The position numbers and the translations under genes were made by a program. A stretch of 64,000 bases of DNA from an uncultured delta proteobacterium (GTDB lineage Bacteria; Desulfobacterota; Desulfobacteria; Desulfobacterales; JAFDCJ01). Under the pieces are notes generated by a model. It saw only the letters and a program-made list of their open reading frames with translations, did not search any database and had not been told where the DNA came from. Positions 10,138 through 20,238 of this stretch are shown one piece after another (the stretch's first letter is position 1; the number at the start of each line of letters is the position of its first letter). Where the stretch lies: positions 384,001 to 448,000 of the forward strand of contig CAVYNY010000020.1 of assembly GCA_963769935.1 (NCBI GenBank), read 5' to 3'.

Positions 10138-10393
10138 ATGGTTGTGCACCCACCTTCGAATCTTTTTGGAGGCATCAGGCCATCATGCAGACCGGGATCA
10201 ATCCGCGACACAAACCGCATCACTTATCGCTGCTTCCTTCCGGACCTGACGAGGTTCGCGACCGTCTGTTGCGCGGTGTCCGATCAAAATGGTCCGAGTT
10301 ATCCAAGTGTAGGACCCTCGGGCGGGAATTCAGCCCCGCATAAAGCGGATTTCGGGAAAAGGGCACCGCTAGCTCCCCGCCTAGCACAACCAG
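10138..10393 (-). ncRNA. ffs: Large (Alu-domain) bacterial SRP RNA
   Basis: Minus strand GGTTGTGCTAGGCGGGGAGCTAGCGGTGCCC..AATCCGC (Bacillus scRNA-like Alu 5' end), S-domain TCAGGTCCGGAAGGAAGCAGC, terminal helix GGTTGTGC/GCACAACC. Confidence 0.93.
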
Positions 10394-10439
10394 TGACTAA
10401 AATACGCCATATTTGCTTTTTTGCAAGAAAAATATGGAA

Positions 10440-10575
10440 GGTTCAATGTTTTGGGGTTCAGGGTTCAGAGGTTTGAGGATTCGCGCTTTACGCTTCGACC
10501 CCACAGGCAGGGTTCGGGGTTCAGCCAAGCCGCCGGCCAAACCAACGCCGGTCTGATCGAAAGAGGAAACTTCGA
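10440..10575. repeat. GGTTCAG heptad repeat with nested short REP and a family B arm
   Basis: GGTTCAGGGTTCAGAGG; GGATTCGCGCTTTACGCTTCGACCCCACAGGCAG (similar at about 47845-47880); GCCGCCGGCC..GCCGGTCTGATCGAAAGAGGAAAC. Confidence 0.65.
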
Positions 10576-10644
10576 CATTCGGCATTTGACACTCGACGTT
10601 CCGGGACAGTTGACTTGGAGACGCGCAATCAGGTATTGTTGATT

Positions 10645-12090
10645 ATGCCAAACATTGAGCAGCAGATCCTGAGCACAGTCAGAGAAACCGTCGCGGCTTG
10701 CCGGATGTTTAGCGCGGGAGACTCTGTTCTGGTGGCTGTCTCCGGAGGCCCGGATTCGGTTGTCCTGGCACATGTACTGCTCAGCCTGGCAAAGGAATAT
10801 TCACTCCGTCTGGGGATAGCTCACTTAAATCATGGCCTCCGCAAAGAGGCCGCCGACAGTGACGCCGACTTTGTCGCTGATTTTGCCGGCCGCCTGAATT
10901 TGACGTGCTTTGTTGAAAAAAAAGATGTCGGCGCATTCCAGCGTATCAGCCGTCTGTCTCCGGAAGAAGCAGCGCGCAAGGTTCGCTATGATTTTTACGA
11001 CCGAATTGCCGCCCGTCACGGCTTTAACAAAATTGCCCTGGGTCACCACGGCAATGACAATGCCGAACTCGTGCTGATGAATTTACTGCGCGGAAGCGGT
11101 CCGCTGGGATTGTGCGGGATTTCGCCGGTACGGGCCGGTAAAATCGTGCGTCCGCTGATTCACCTTAAACGTTCGGAGATAATCGCTTATACCGTTGAAA
11201 AAAAATTGTCCTTTGTCACCGACGCCTCCAATGCAGACCTGCAATTTCGGCGCAACCGGATTCGTCATCAATTAATTCCCGTGCTGGAAAGCAACTATAA
11301 CCCCCGAATCATTGATACCCTTGACAGGCTGGCCGCCATCCTGCGGGATGAAGAGCAATGGATTGAAGACTGCCTCAAGCCGGCGTTCAACCGATGGGTC
11401 TCGGTTAAAGGACCCGAAACTATCATTCTCGATCTGGCCGGGTTCGGCCGACTGGCTGGTGCGGCCCAAAGAAGGATTCTCAGAAAAGCGATTCTTACCG
11501 TTAAAAAGGATCTGCGGCGCATCAGCTTCCTGCATGTTGACGCGGTTTTGGACCTGATTGAAAACGGACCGGTAAACGGACGTTTGAATCTGCCGGAAAG
11601 AATTCGAGTACAAAGAGACAGCGCCACCTTGAGCATTGCCAGAATTAGCAGAGACCAATTCGCAAGAATCGACAAATCGGCAGGAACAGCCGCGGTTGCC
11701 TATCGGTATATGATCAACGGCCCCGGACTGATATCCATCAAGGAAGCCAACGCCTCCATCAAGCTTAGCGAAATAGGGTGTGGCGATTTGCCCGATTTTA
11801 AAAAGGCCGGGAGACACCTGGCATTTTTTGACCTGGATTGTCTGCAATTTCCGCTGCTGGTTCGCAGCATTCGACCGGGAGACCGGTTTTCTCCACTCGG
11901 GGTAGGCGGCACCCAAACTGTTAAAAAATATTTCCACAACCACAAAATACCCGTTGGCCAGCGTCGACCATGTCCGTTGCTGCTAAGCGATGATAAAATT
12001 ATCTGGCTTGTCGGTCATCGGATAGACGATTCCGTGAAAGTCGGGGCCGGAACCCGGCGGATCCTCAAGGCCGAACTTTTGCTTGCTTAA
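10645..12090 (+). CDS. tilS: tRNA(Ile)-lysidine synthetase
   Basis: AVSGGPDS PP-loop, HLNHGLR, EEAARKVRY, DASN...RNRIR and TilS C-terminal domain. Confidence 0.97.
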   Translation: MPNIEQQILSTVRETVAACRMFSAGDSVLVAVSGGPDSVVLAHVLLSLAKEYSLRLGIAHLNHGLRKEAADSDADFVADFAGRLNLTCFVEKKDVGAFQRISRLSPEEAARKVRYDFYDRIAARHGFNKIALGHHGNDNAELVLMNLLRGSGPLGLCGISPVRAGKIVRPLIHLKRSEIIAYTVEKKLSFVTDASNADLQFRRNRIRHQLIPVLESNYNPRIIDTLDRLAAILRDEEQWIEDCLKPAFNRWVSVKGPETIILDLAGFGRLAGAAQRRILRKAILTVKKDLRRISFLHVDAVLDLIENGPVNGRLNLPERIRVQRDSATLSIARISRDQFARIDKSAGTAAVAYRYMINGPGLISIKEANASIKLSEIGCGDLPDFKKAGRHLAFFDLDCLQFPLLVRSIRPGDRFSPLGVGGTQTVKKYFHNHKIPVGQRRPCPLLLSDDKIIWLVGHRIDDSVKVGAGTRRILKAELLLA

Positions 12091-12227
12091 TGCGCCATAA
12101 TGATTAAATTTGCTTATAAACAACCGGGCTCCACGTGCGGCCGAAGGCGGCATTGAGCGCTGATAAGGATAGGCCGTAATTTGAGACTTGATATTTCGTT
12201 AAAGATACAGGATACTGGCATAAAAGA

Positions 12228-12352
12228 TTGAAAATCTTCGATTGAAAATTGAATATTTAAGGTCCGCCTCCGGCGGGTCAAATTGAAAATTCCATCAAAG
12301 CGATGGAGCATAGCGACCTCGACAAATATTCAATATTCAATGTTCAATCATT
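12228..12352. repeat. ATTGAAA/TTCAATA heptad inverted repeat in the ftsH leader
   Basis: ATTGAAAATTGAATATTT ... AAATATTCAATATTCAATGTTCAAT with internal CCGCCTCCGGCGG hairpin. Confidence 0.6.
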
Positions 12353-12375
12353 CTAAATCCGGGAGGATAAACCAT

Positions 12376-14238
12376 TTGAATCCGTTTTATAAAAATCTGG
12401 CGTTATGGCTGGTCATCACCCTCATGATGGTCATGCTCTACAACTTGTTCAGCCAGCAGCATATGGCAGAAACCAATATCAGCTATTCCGAATTTTTGAA
12501 CATGGTCGAAAATGAGCGCATTGCGGAGGTGGTGATCCAGGGCCAGGAATTGTTAGTCACGGATACCAATCATAACCGTTTCAAGATCTATGCTCCCCAG
12601 GACAGCGATCTTATCAACATTCTGCGCAAAAAGAAAGTTGTCATCAGCGCCCGGCCCCCGGCAGAGAATCCCTGGTATATGTCTGTCCTGGTATCATGGT
12701 TTCCAATGCTGGTGCTGATCGGCGTCTGGATTTTTTTTATGCGCCAAATGCAGGCCGGCGGCGGCAAAGCGCTGTCCTTCGGTAAAAGCCGGGCGCGACT
12801 GATGTCCGACCAATCCGAAAAAGTCACATTTGAAGATGTCGCCGGCATCGATGAAGCAAAAGAAGAGCTGGGCGAAATCGTCGAATTTCTCAGAGATCCG
12901 AAGAAGTTTACCCGGTTGGGCGGTCGGATCCCTAAAGGCGTTTTGCTGATGGGTCCTCCGGGTACCGGTAAAACGCTTCTGGGACGGGCAATTGCCGGGG
13001 AAGCCGGCGTACCCTTTTTCAGCATCAGCGGTTCCGACTTTGTTGAAATGTTTGTCGGTGTAGGCGCTTCGCGCGTTCGGGATCTTTTCGTTCAGGGCAA
13101 GAAAAGTGCGCCTTGCATCATCTTTATAGACGAGATCGATGCAGTCGGCCGACATCGCGGTGCGGGACTCGGCGGCGGACACGACGAAAGAGAACAGACG
13201 CTGAATCAGCTTCTGGTTGAAATGGACGGATTTGAATCCAATGAGGGGGTTATCCTGATATCGGCCACCAACCGACCCGATGTGCTGGATCCGGCTTTGC
13301 TGCGCCCCGGGCGTTTTGATCGGCAGGTGGTTGTCTCCATGCCGGATATTAAAGGGCGAGAAAAAATCCTCAGGGTTCATATGAAAAAGACACCCACCGC
13401 GGCCGATGTCAATGTGCATATTCTGGCTAAAGGAACACCCGGATTTTCGGGGGCCGACCTGGAGAACCTGGTCAATGAGGCGGCCTTGCTGGCTGCCAAG
13501 CGGGACAAAGAAAAAGTTGAGATGGTCGACTTTGAAGAGTCAAAAGATAAAGTCTATATGGGTCTGGAGCGCAAATCAAAGGTGATTAAAGAAGAAGATC
13601 GCAAAGTTACGGCCTATCATGAAGGCGGTCATGCGCTGGTCGCCCGCTTCTTGCCAGGCACCGATACCGTCAACAAGATAACCATCGTTCCCAGAGGGCG
13701 GGCTGCCGGCGTCACCTGGTTTCTGCCGGAAGAACGAGATTTCAGGTTCAAGGACCAGCTCGAAAGCGAGCTGTCGGTGGCGTTCGGCGGACGGGTTGCC
13801 GAAGAGATCGTTTTCAATCGCATCAGCACCGGCGCTGCCAATGACATCAAGCAGGCGACCGACCTGGCTCAGACGATGATACGAGCATGGGGCATGAGCG
13901 AAAAACTGGGACCCTTGTGCTATGCCAAAGGCGAAGAGCAGGTTTTTCTGGGACGGGAAATCGCACAGCACAGGGATTATTCGGAATCCACCGCTCAAAA
14001 GATTGACGACGAGATCAATAAGCTGATCAATGACGCGTATCAGCGGGCCAAAGATGTCCTGAAGGAAAATATGGATATTCTTCACAAGCTGGCCGAGGAA
14101 TTGCTGGAAAAAGAAACCGTGATGGGCAAAGAGTTGGATGAATTGATTGTGGCGTTGAGACCCGGCATCGAACTTTCCTCAATAGAAGTTGAAGACCCTG
14201 ACCGGGAGAGCGACCAGGGCACTTCCGAAACAGCCTGA
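12376..14238 (+). CDS. ftsH: ATP-dependent zinc metalloprotease FtsH
   Basis: [28 protein letters not shown] and HEGGH; TTG start after GGAGGA. Confidence 0.99.
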   Translation: MNPFYKNLALWLVITLMMVMLYNLFSQQHMAETNISYSEFLNMVENERIAEVVIQGQELLVTDTNHNRFKIYAPQDSDLINILRKKKVVISARPPAENPWYMSVLVSWFPMLVLIGVWIFFMRQMQAGGGKALSFGKSRARLMSDQSEKVTFEDVAGIDEAKEELGEIVEFLRDPKKFTRLGGRIPKGVLLMGPPGTGKTLLGRAIAGEAGVPFFSISGSDFVEMFVGVGASRVRDLFVQGKKSAPCIIFIDEIDAVGRHRGAGLGGGHDEREQTLNQLLVEMDGFESNEGVILISATNRPDVLDPALLRPGRFDRQVVVSMPDIKGREKILRVHMKKTPTAADVNVHILAKGTPGFSGADLENLVNEAALLAAKRDKEKVEMVDFEESKDKVYMGLERKSKVIKEEDRKVTAYHEGGHALVARFLPGTDTVNKITIVPRGRAAGVTWFLPEERDFRFKDQLESELSVAFGGRVAEEIVFNRISTGAANDIKQATDLAQTMIRAWGMSEKLGPLCYAKGEEQVFLGREIAQHRDYSESTAQKIDDEINKLINDAYQRAKDVLKENMDILHKLAEELLEKETVMGKELDELIVALRPGIELSSIEVEDPDRESDQGTSETA

Positions 14239-14242
14239 TCTG

Positions 14243-15124
14243 ATGAACCTCCGCAAAGCATATCATCTGGCCTGGTCGAACTACTCGCTGGAGCTTGGAA
14301 GGCAAACCTGCATCATGGGGGTCGTCAATGTGACCCCGGACTCTTTCTCGGACGGCGGCAGATTCTTCGACCGCGCTGCCGCCGTAGCGCAGGGTGAAAA
14401 ACTGGCGGGCGAGGGTGCCGCCATTATCGATATCGGCGGTGAATCGACCCGGCCCTTTTCAGACCCGATATCGGATGAAGAAGAAATCCGCCGGGTTGTG
14501 CCGGTGATCGAAAAGCTTGCCCGGCGCATATCCGTTCCAATTTCAATCGACACCACCAAGGCCGCCGTCGCCCGGCGGGCCTTTGAGGCCGGTGCCTCGC
14601 TTATCAATGATGTGTCGGCCCTGCGCTTTGATCCCGCGCTTGCCGCCGTTGCAGCCGAATTTGATGCCCCGGTCATTTTGATGCACATGCTGGGCGAGCC
14701 CAAATCCATGCAGGTTGAGCCCTGCTATGACAATCTGATCCAGGAAATCCGCAAATTTCTTGAAGATGCCGTAGAAAAAGCCCAAAAACTGGGCATTTCC
14801 CGCTCGAAGATCATTGTGGATCCCGGCATCGGATTTGGTAAAACCATTGCGCATAATCTCCTGCTGATCAAACATATTCAAGCGTTTACTTCCCTGGACA
14901 CGCCGATTCTCATCGGCGCTTCCCGTAAAACCTTCATTCGAAAAATTCTCAAGAGCGGGCATGAAAAGGACCTTCCGCCGGATCTGCCAATTGTTGAGAC
15001 CGGTTCCCAGGCTGTCGCGGCGGCCGCCATATTGAATGGTGCTCACATCGTACGGGTGCATGATGTGGCCAATACGGTAGCCACCGCTAAAATTCTGGAT
15101 GCGATTGTTAATTCAACTCAATAA
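14243..15124 (+). CDS. folP: Dihydropteroate synthase
   Basis: MGVVNVTPDSFSDGG, GGESTRP, DPGIGFGK, ASRK and RVHDV; follows ftsH. Confidence 0.97.
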   Translation: MNLRKAYHLAWSNYSLELGRQTCIMGVVNVTPDSFSDGGRFFDRAAAVAQGEKLAGEGAAIIDIGGESTRPFSDPISDEEEIRRVVPVIEKLARRISVPISIDTTKAAVARRAFEAGASLINDVSALRFDPALAAVAAEFDAPVILMHMLGEPKSMQVEPCYDNLIQEIRKFLEDAVEKAQKLGISRSKIIVDPGIGFGKTIAHNLLLIKHIQAFTSLDTPILIGASRKTFIRKILKSGHEKDLPPDLPIVETGSQAVAAAAILNGAHIVRVHDVANTVATAKILDAIVNSTQ

Positions 15125-15131
15125 ACTGCCT

Positions 15132-15779
15132 TCATATCCGGCCGGATTCTTTGAGGGTTTCCTTGTAGACGCGGTAAAACATCTCGGTATCGGTGATGCT
15201 GCGGCTTAATATTTTCCCGATATCATCGATGTTTTTGATATTGACGATTAAATTGACGCTGGCGTTGAAGGCCATCATGTTGTCCATCGTGCGATACCGG
15301 TTGCTGATCATGGCAACGAAAATATCGCGGCGGACCGACATGGCCAGACGTTCCAGGTAGATGAGAACGCCGTTGGACTCCGGGTTTCTGGTGTCAAAGC
15401 TTTCATTGATGACAATCAGATCATAGACATGGTAGCGCATTCTTTTGAGCGCATCCCGTGCGTTTTCCGCAAGTGTGATCTGATAGTCCATCAAATGCAG
15501 GGCATTTTGGATGGTACTGCGGGCCATGGGATTCGATTCACACAGCAGGGCCGTCTGGCCTTCTTCTTCAATAAAATCGAAGGGCTTGTCGGAGGCATCA
15601 TAGCCGCTGTTTTCATTGGATTCTTCGAAGGCAGCAAAACCACCGGCCGATTTTTTCGCAGGGTTTACGGTAATCCGGACTTTGCATTTGGGGCACGGTA
15701 TGTTGGTCACCCGCCCCACGGGAATTTTTTCCTCGGCAATTCTGAACTTGCTTGAGCAATTACTGCAGATGATATCCAT
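15132..15779 (-). CDS. Zinc-ribbon (MJ0042-type) protein with receiver-like C-terminal domain
   Basis: CSNC...CPKC at N-terminus; CheY-like ALLCES..YDLIVINE segment. Confidence 0.7.
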   Translation of the reverse strand: MDIICSNCSSKFRIAEEKIPVGRVTNIPCPKCKVRITVNPAKKSAGGFAAFEESNENSGYDASDKPFDFIEEEGQTALLCESNPMARSTIQNALHLMDYQITLAENARDALKRMRYHVYDLIVINESFDTRNPESNGVLIYLERLAMSVRRDIFVAMISNRYRTMDNMMAFNASVNLIVNIKNIDDIGKILSRSITDTEMFYRVYKETLKESGRI

Positions 15780-15795
15780 TGTTTCAGGCTCCACC

Positions 15796-16962
15796 TTAGA
15801 GCGCTTTACGGTAAGCGCGGTCGATTTCCAGCTTTTCGATATCGGTGGTGGTTTCGCCTCGCGAACTTTTGATGGCATCAATCCCGCGACCCACGATGCC
15901 TCTCTGGGAAGCATACGTCATGGCAGTTTGCTGGGTGATCAGGCCTTCTTCATACAGTCCGATCAGATGTTGATCAAAGGTGACCATTCCGAACGCGTTG
16001 CTGGTCTCCATGATATCGTAAAAAGTTTTTCCTTCGCCTTCACCATGCAAAATGAGATCCTGAACCCGCATGTTGGTCCCCAGGATTTCAAACGTAGCCA
16101 CCCGCCCGCCGCCGATTCTCGGCAACAATCGCTGGCAGACTACCCAGCGCACCGAGTCTGCCAGGCGAATACGTATCTGGCGTTCATCCTCGTTGGGGAA
16201 CATGCCGATGATACGGTTGACGGTTGATCCGGCATCGACGGTATGCAGGGTGGTCAACACCAGATGGCCGGTTTCCGCTGCACTGAGTCCGATTTCGACC
16301 GTTTCCCGGTCACGCATTTCACCCACCAGGATCACCTTGGGCGCCTGACGCAAAGCCGCCCGCAAGCCGTTGGCATAATTGTTGAAGTCAAGCCCCAACT
16401 CGCGCTGGTTAAATGTCGACTTCTTATGGGGATGCTGATATTCCACCGGGTCTTCGAGGGTGATGATGTGAACGGATTTGGATTCGTTAATCTGGTCCAA
16501 AATAGCAGCCAGCGTGGTGGTTTTACCGGAGCCGGTGGCACCGGTGACACATACGAGGCCGTTTATTTCCTTGGCGACCTGGTACATCGCCTTGGGCAGA
16601 CTGCGCTCTTCGATGGTCGGAATTTTAGACTCAAGCTTACGCAATACAATAGAGATGTTGGCACCCTGGGAAAAGATATTGACCCTGAAGCGGGCTTTGC
16701 CCGGTAAACCATAAGACAAGTCGCACGAGCCCTGGGTTAACAGGGCTTCCGTTAGACGACGGTCCTGGTTGATGAGATTCAAAGCCAGAATTTCGGTCTG
16801 GAAAGGCGTGAGCGCCTTAAAACTTGGTTTGATGTCAACGGGGATCAACTCTCCCGCACTTTCAACCTGCATGGGCTTGCCGACCGTAAAGTTCAAGTCG
16901 GAAACATCCCGGTGGTAATCGAGCATTCTGACAAGTATGTGGTCGATTTCCTGCTTTTTCAT
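15796..16962 (-). CDS. PilT/PilU family type IV pilus retraction ATPase (PilU-like)
   Basis: GATGSGKT, TLEDPVE, LRQAP..ILVGEMRD, AETGHLVLTTLH; lacks the AIRNLIRE motif. Confidence 0.93.
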   Translation of the reverse strand: MKKQEIDHILVRMLDYHRDVSDLNFTVGKPMQVESAGELIPVDIKPSFKALTPFQTEILALNLINQDRRLTEALLTQGSCDLSYGLPGKARFRVNIFSQGANISIVLRKLESKIPTIEERSLPKAMYQVAKEINGLVCVTGATGSGKTTTLAAILDQINESKSVHIITLEDPVEYQHPHKKSTFNQRELGLDFNNYANGLRAALRQAPKVILVGEMRDRETVEIGLSAAETGHLVLTTLHTVDAGSTVNRIIGMFPNEDERQIRIRLADSVRWVVCQRLLPRIGGGRVATFEILGTNMRVQDLILHGEGEGKTFYDIMETSNAFGMVTFDQHLIGLYEEGLITQQTAMTYASQRGIVGRGIDAIKSSRGETTTDIEKLEIDRAYRKAL

Positions 16963-17118
16963 AATATTACTCTATCGTGGGTGAATTCGTCGATTGAAGC
17001 ATTCGGTAAATTGTCATTTGCTGGACGGCCCAACTGCTTCTTCGGCATTTTATAAAAAAATATAAAGGTCTCCTTTCACACCGGATAAGCCTTCACCGCT
17101 TCAACTATTCAACCAACC

Positions 17119-18201
17119 CTAGGCTTCCGTAAAATCCGTCGGCGGTGATGTCAGCAACGGTCTGAAACGGCCCTTTTCATTTGATTTGGCATACGCTTCC
17201 TCGGCGCTGATCATCCCTTTTTTGTAAAGATCCATGATGGAGTCATCCAGCAGAATCATGCCGTACTTTTTGCCGGTCTGAACCATGGACGGCAGCTGAT
17301 GGGTTTTGCCTTCCCGGATCAGGTTTCTAACCGCCGGATTGGCGATCAGGATTTCCAGCGCCACCACACGGCCCTTGCGGTCGATACGTTTAAAAAGCGT
17401 CTGGGCAATCACGGCTCGCAGGCCATCTGCCAAGGTCGAGCGGATGAGGGGTTGTTCATGGGACGGAAAAACTTCTATCACGCGGTCTACGGTTTTCCAG
17501 GCGCTGGAAGTGTGCAGCGTCGAAAATACCAGGTGTCCGGTGGAGGCCGCTTCCACCGCCAGCGAAATCGTCTCGAGGTCCCGCATTTCTCCGACCAGAA
17601 TGATATCCGGATCCTCACGCAGGGCGCCGCGCAAGGCGGTGGAAAAAGAAGCCGTATGCACGCCGACTTCCCGGTGATTGACAATGCACCCCTGGCTTTG
17701 GTGCACGAATTCGATCGGGTCTTCGACCGTGATGATGTGATCTTTGCGCACCCGGTTGGCCACGTCGACAATTGCGGCCAGGGTAGTGGATTTTCCGCTG
17801 CCGGTGGGGCCGGTAACCAGAACCAGCCCCCGGGGCAGGGCGGCCAGTTTCGACACCACCGGCGGCAGGCCGAGCTGCTCGGCGGTCATGATCGCACTGG
17901 GAATTTCCCTGAAAACGGCGCCGACGCCATTTTTTTGCATAAAAAAATTAGCCCGGTACCTGGCGAGCCCGGGAATTTCGTAGCCGAAATCAACATCTCC
18001 GGTTTCTTCGAATACCTTTATTTTCGTCTCGGGAGCGATTTCGTAGAGCATACTCCGGAGATCATCATTGTCTAAAACCTTATACTTAACCCGTTCAATC
18101 TCTCCGCGGATTCTAAGGGCCGGGGGTAGACCCGCCATCAAGTGTAGATCCGACGCCCCCTGTTCATTCATCAATTTAAAAAATGCATCAATTTTTGCCA
18201 T
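17119..18201 (-). CDS. pilT: Type IV pilus retraction ATPase PilT
   Basis: GPTGSGKST, EDPIE, LREDPDIILVGEMRD and AVRNLIRE. Confidence 0.95.
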   Translation of the reverse strand: MAKIDAFFKLMNEQGASDLHLMAGLPPALRIRGEIERVKYKVLDNDDLRSMLYEIAPETKIKVFEETGDVDFGYEIPGLARYRANFFMQKNGVGAVFREIPSAIMTAEQLGLPPVVSKLAALPRGLVLVTGPTGSGKSTTLAAIVDVANRVRKDHIITVEDPIEFVHQSQGCIVNHREVGVHTASFSTALRGALREDPDIILVGEMRDLETISLAVEAASTGHLVFSTLHTSSAWKTVDRVIEVFPSHEQPLIRSTLADGLRAVIAQTLFKRIDRKGRVVALEILIANPAVRNLIREGKTHQLPSMVQTGKKYGMILLDDSIMDLYKKGMISAEEAYAKSNEKGRFRPLLTSPPTDFTEA

Positions 18202-18421
18202 TCAAAACTCCCGAATTCACAGAAAGCCGAATTGCATGAATGGTAATCCGTGTTGTTTCAATCATAGCACCGGTCCGGCGAAAAAATAGTATCTAATGTT
18301 GATAAAACCGCATCAAGCGAAGCCGCATGGAAAGCGAGCAAGGCCTGTCCGATCGTCATTTTCTGCAATTTTTTAAATTTGCTTCAGGCGGTCCTGATAC
18401 CCCCCCATGATCCGACGCCGT

Positions 18422-18925
18422 CTAGGTTGCCTGTTTCAAAACTTTTAACTTGGCATCCACCTCATCCATTTCTTTATTGCCTTCTTTGCTGATTTCAAGC
18501 AGCTTGCTGTGGGCCTCGATAATCGAGCTGATCTGCACTTCGATTTGCATGCGCTGTCGCTTCAATTCCGATATATCCTCATGCAATTGGGCCAGCCGAT
18601 TGTGGGCTTTGTTCAGTATTTTTTCGGCTTTGACTTCGGATTCCGCGATAATCAGCTCCGCCGATTTTCGGGCATTATCTTTCATCTGGTCCAGAACTTT
18701 TTGAGAGTTCAGCAGTGCCCGTTTAAAGGTTTCTTCCCGCTTGCGGTATCCCTGGATTTCCAGTTCAAGGCGCCGGACTTCTTCCTGCAGGTCCTTGTGC
18801 GTTCTTTGCATGCCTTCAAAGATGCCCGCCACCTGTTCGAGAAAGGCATCGACTTCCCGGACGTCAAATCCGCGAAATTTGGTTTTAAATTTCTGCTGCT
18901 GTATATCAAGGGGGGTAAGGTTCAT
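18422..18925 (-). CDS. divIVA: DivIVA domain protein
   Basis: LTPLDIQQQKFKTKFRGFDVREVDAFL followed by coiled coil. Confidence 0.9.
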   Translation of the reverse strand: MNLTPLDIQQQKFKTKFRGFDVREVDAFLEQVAGIFEGMQRTHKDLQEEVRRLELEIQGYRKREETFKRALLNSQKVLDQMKDNARKSAELIIAESEVKAEKILNKAHNRLAQLHEDISELKRQRMQIEVQISSIIEAHSKLLEISKEGNKEMDEVDAKLKVLKQAT

Positions 18926-18946
18926 TGGGGTTACCTGCCTTTCTGT

Positions 18947-19246
18947 TTAGCGCAACGTTTGAGCAAGTTCATATAGACTTGCCACAACAAATCGTTGCAA
19001 AAAGATGACAGCCAATAGAACAACGATCGGAGAAAAATCGATACCGCCAAAATTAAGCGGGATCCTTTTCCGGATCTGGTAAAGCACAGGCTCGGTTATA
19101 TTGTGAATAAAGCGGACAATTGGATTGTAGGGATCAGGATTTACCCATGAGAGAATGGCGCGGGCGATAACGATCCACATGAAAATGTTAAGCACCCATC
19201 TGAGCACTTCGGCGACGGCGATTAATAAGTTGCTGATGACAAACAT
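18947..19246 (-). CDS. yggT: YggT family membrane protein
   Basis: ILSWVNPDPYNP, TEPVL..IR and GIDFSP motifs. Confidence 0.95.
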   Translation of the reverse strand: MFVISNLLIAVAEVLRWVLNIFMWIVIARAILSWVNPDPYNPIVRFIHNITEPVLYQIRKRIPLNFGGIDFSPIVVLLAVIFLQRFVVASLYELAQTLR

Positions 19247-19702
19247 TTAAGGCTCACCCTTCTTTCTTAACTTATCTTAAAACGCAATGCGAGATGTCAA
19301 TCCGACGACCGTGTAATTAAACTAAATTATATTATCATCGATAAGTCAAGGAATTTCATTAGAAATCAAAGGGTAAGCTTCGTTGATGAATTCGATGTAC
19401 ACCCCGGGATCGCCATGAAACCAATTCCGTTGTCAGCATTTATTCATTTTAGCCTGTTATATTTACCTCCCCATACAGCCTATATCGGCTGGGAAGCTTC
19501 GAAACTTAAACTATATCCAAAATTCTTGATCCAGGGCAGGCCTCTAAATCTGCAGGCAGTCAATGGAAAAAATTATCTTAATGATATCACTTCTTTCGGG
19601 AGAACGCAAATTTCAGGCTTCTAGGCTTATTGGAAGACCGTGTTTGGAAAAAGCGGCACTTGCAGAGGCAGCAAATTTACCGCAAAGTCATTTGAATGGG
19701 AT

Positions 19703-19973
19703 TCAGGTGTCAGCCCCGCCGCCGGCCTGAAGGCGGCCGGTCTGGTCGAAAAAGAAACATAATAGTTCACCGCAGAGCCCGCCGAGAACGCCGAGAAAGA
19801 AAATTATAATTAATCTCCGCGCTCTGTGAGCTCTAACGGCTTGTCGGGTCGTAGCTCGAAGAGCGAAGCCTGAAAGTGGGCGTGATATTAAATCCAACTG
19901 TGTCCGATTTCCAAAAGTTTCTTTTATGATCAGACCGGCCGTTGTTTTGGCCGGCGGCGGCGCTGACACCTGA
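19703..19973. repeat. Family B MITE-like element (inverted arms) with nested GTAG-type REP
   Basis: Left arm TCAGGTGTCAGCCCCGCCGCCGGCC..GGCCGGTCTGGTCGAAAAAGAAAC with a reverse-complement right arm; near-identical arm at 59137 and a degenerate one at 52633. Confidence 0.85.
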
Positions 19974-20040
19974 AACCTTTTAAAGATCAAAGCACTATCC
20001 AACATCGACAACAAATTGTCGATACGGTGCTGCTAAGCGC

Positions 20041-20238
20041 CTACCCGCCTGCAATCATCGGAATCAGAAAGACTTCCGAGTTATCCGGGATGGTTGTCCG
20101 ATCAAAGTCGGGTCTGGAAACATACCGGGTGTTTATACGGATGACGGGGTACGCATGGTCATCTTCTATTTCTTTAAGCAAATCGGTGATGGTCATTCCT
20201 TCATGCCAGGCAACGGTTTTATCCGAAACCTTAATCAC
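20041..20238 (-). CDS. MoaD/ThiS family sulfur carrier
   Basis: 65 aa ubiquitin-like protein ending IAGG, overlapping the AOR stop codon. Confidence 0.88.
   Translation of the reverse strand: MIKVSDKTVAWHEGMTITDLLKEIEDDHAYPVIRINTRYVSRPDFDRTTIPDNSEVFLIPMIAGG

Noticed and set aside
10083..10476. ORFs 10083-10343 and 10105-10476
   Set aside because: Antisense to the SRP RNA, with no recognisable protein motifs.
15780..15914. N-terminal extension of ORF 15132-15914
   Set aside because: Overlaps the PilU-like gene; the zinc ribbon begins at ATG 15779.
19703..20014. 103-aa ORF
   Set aside because: Lies over a family B repeat element.
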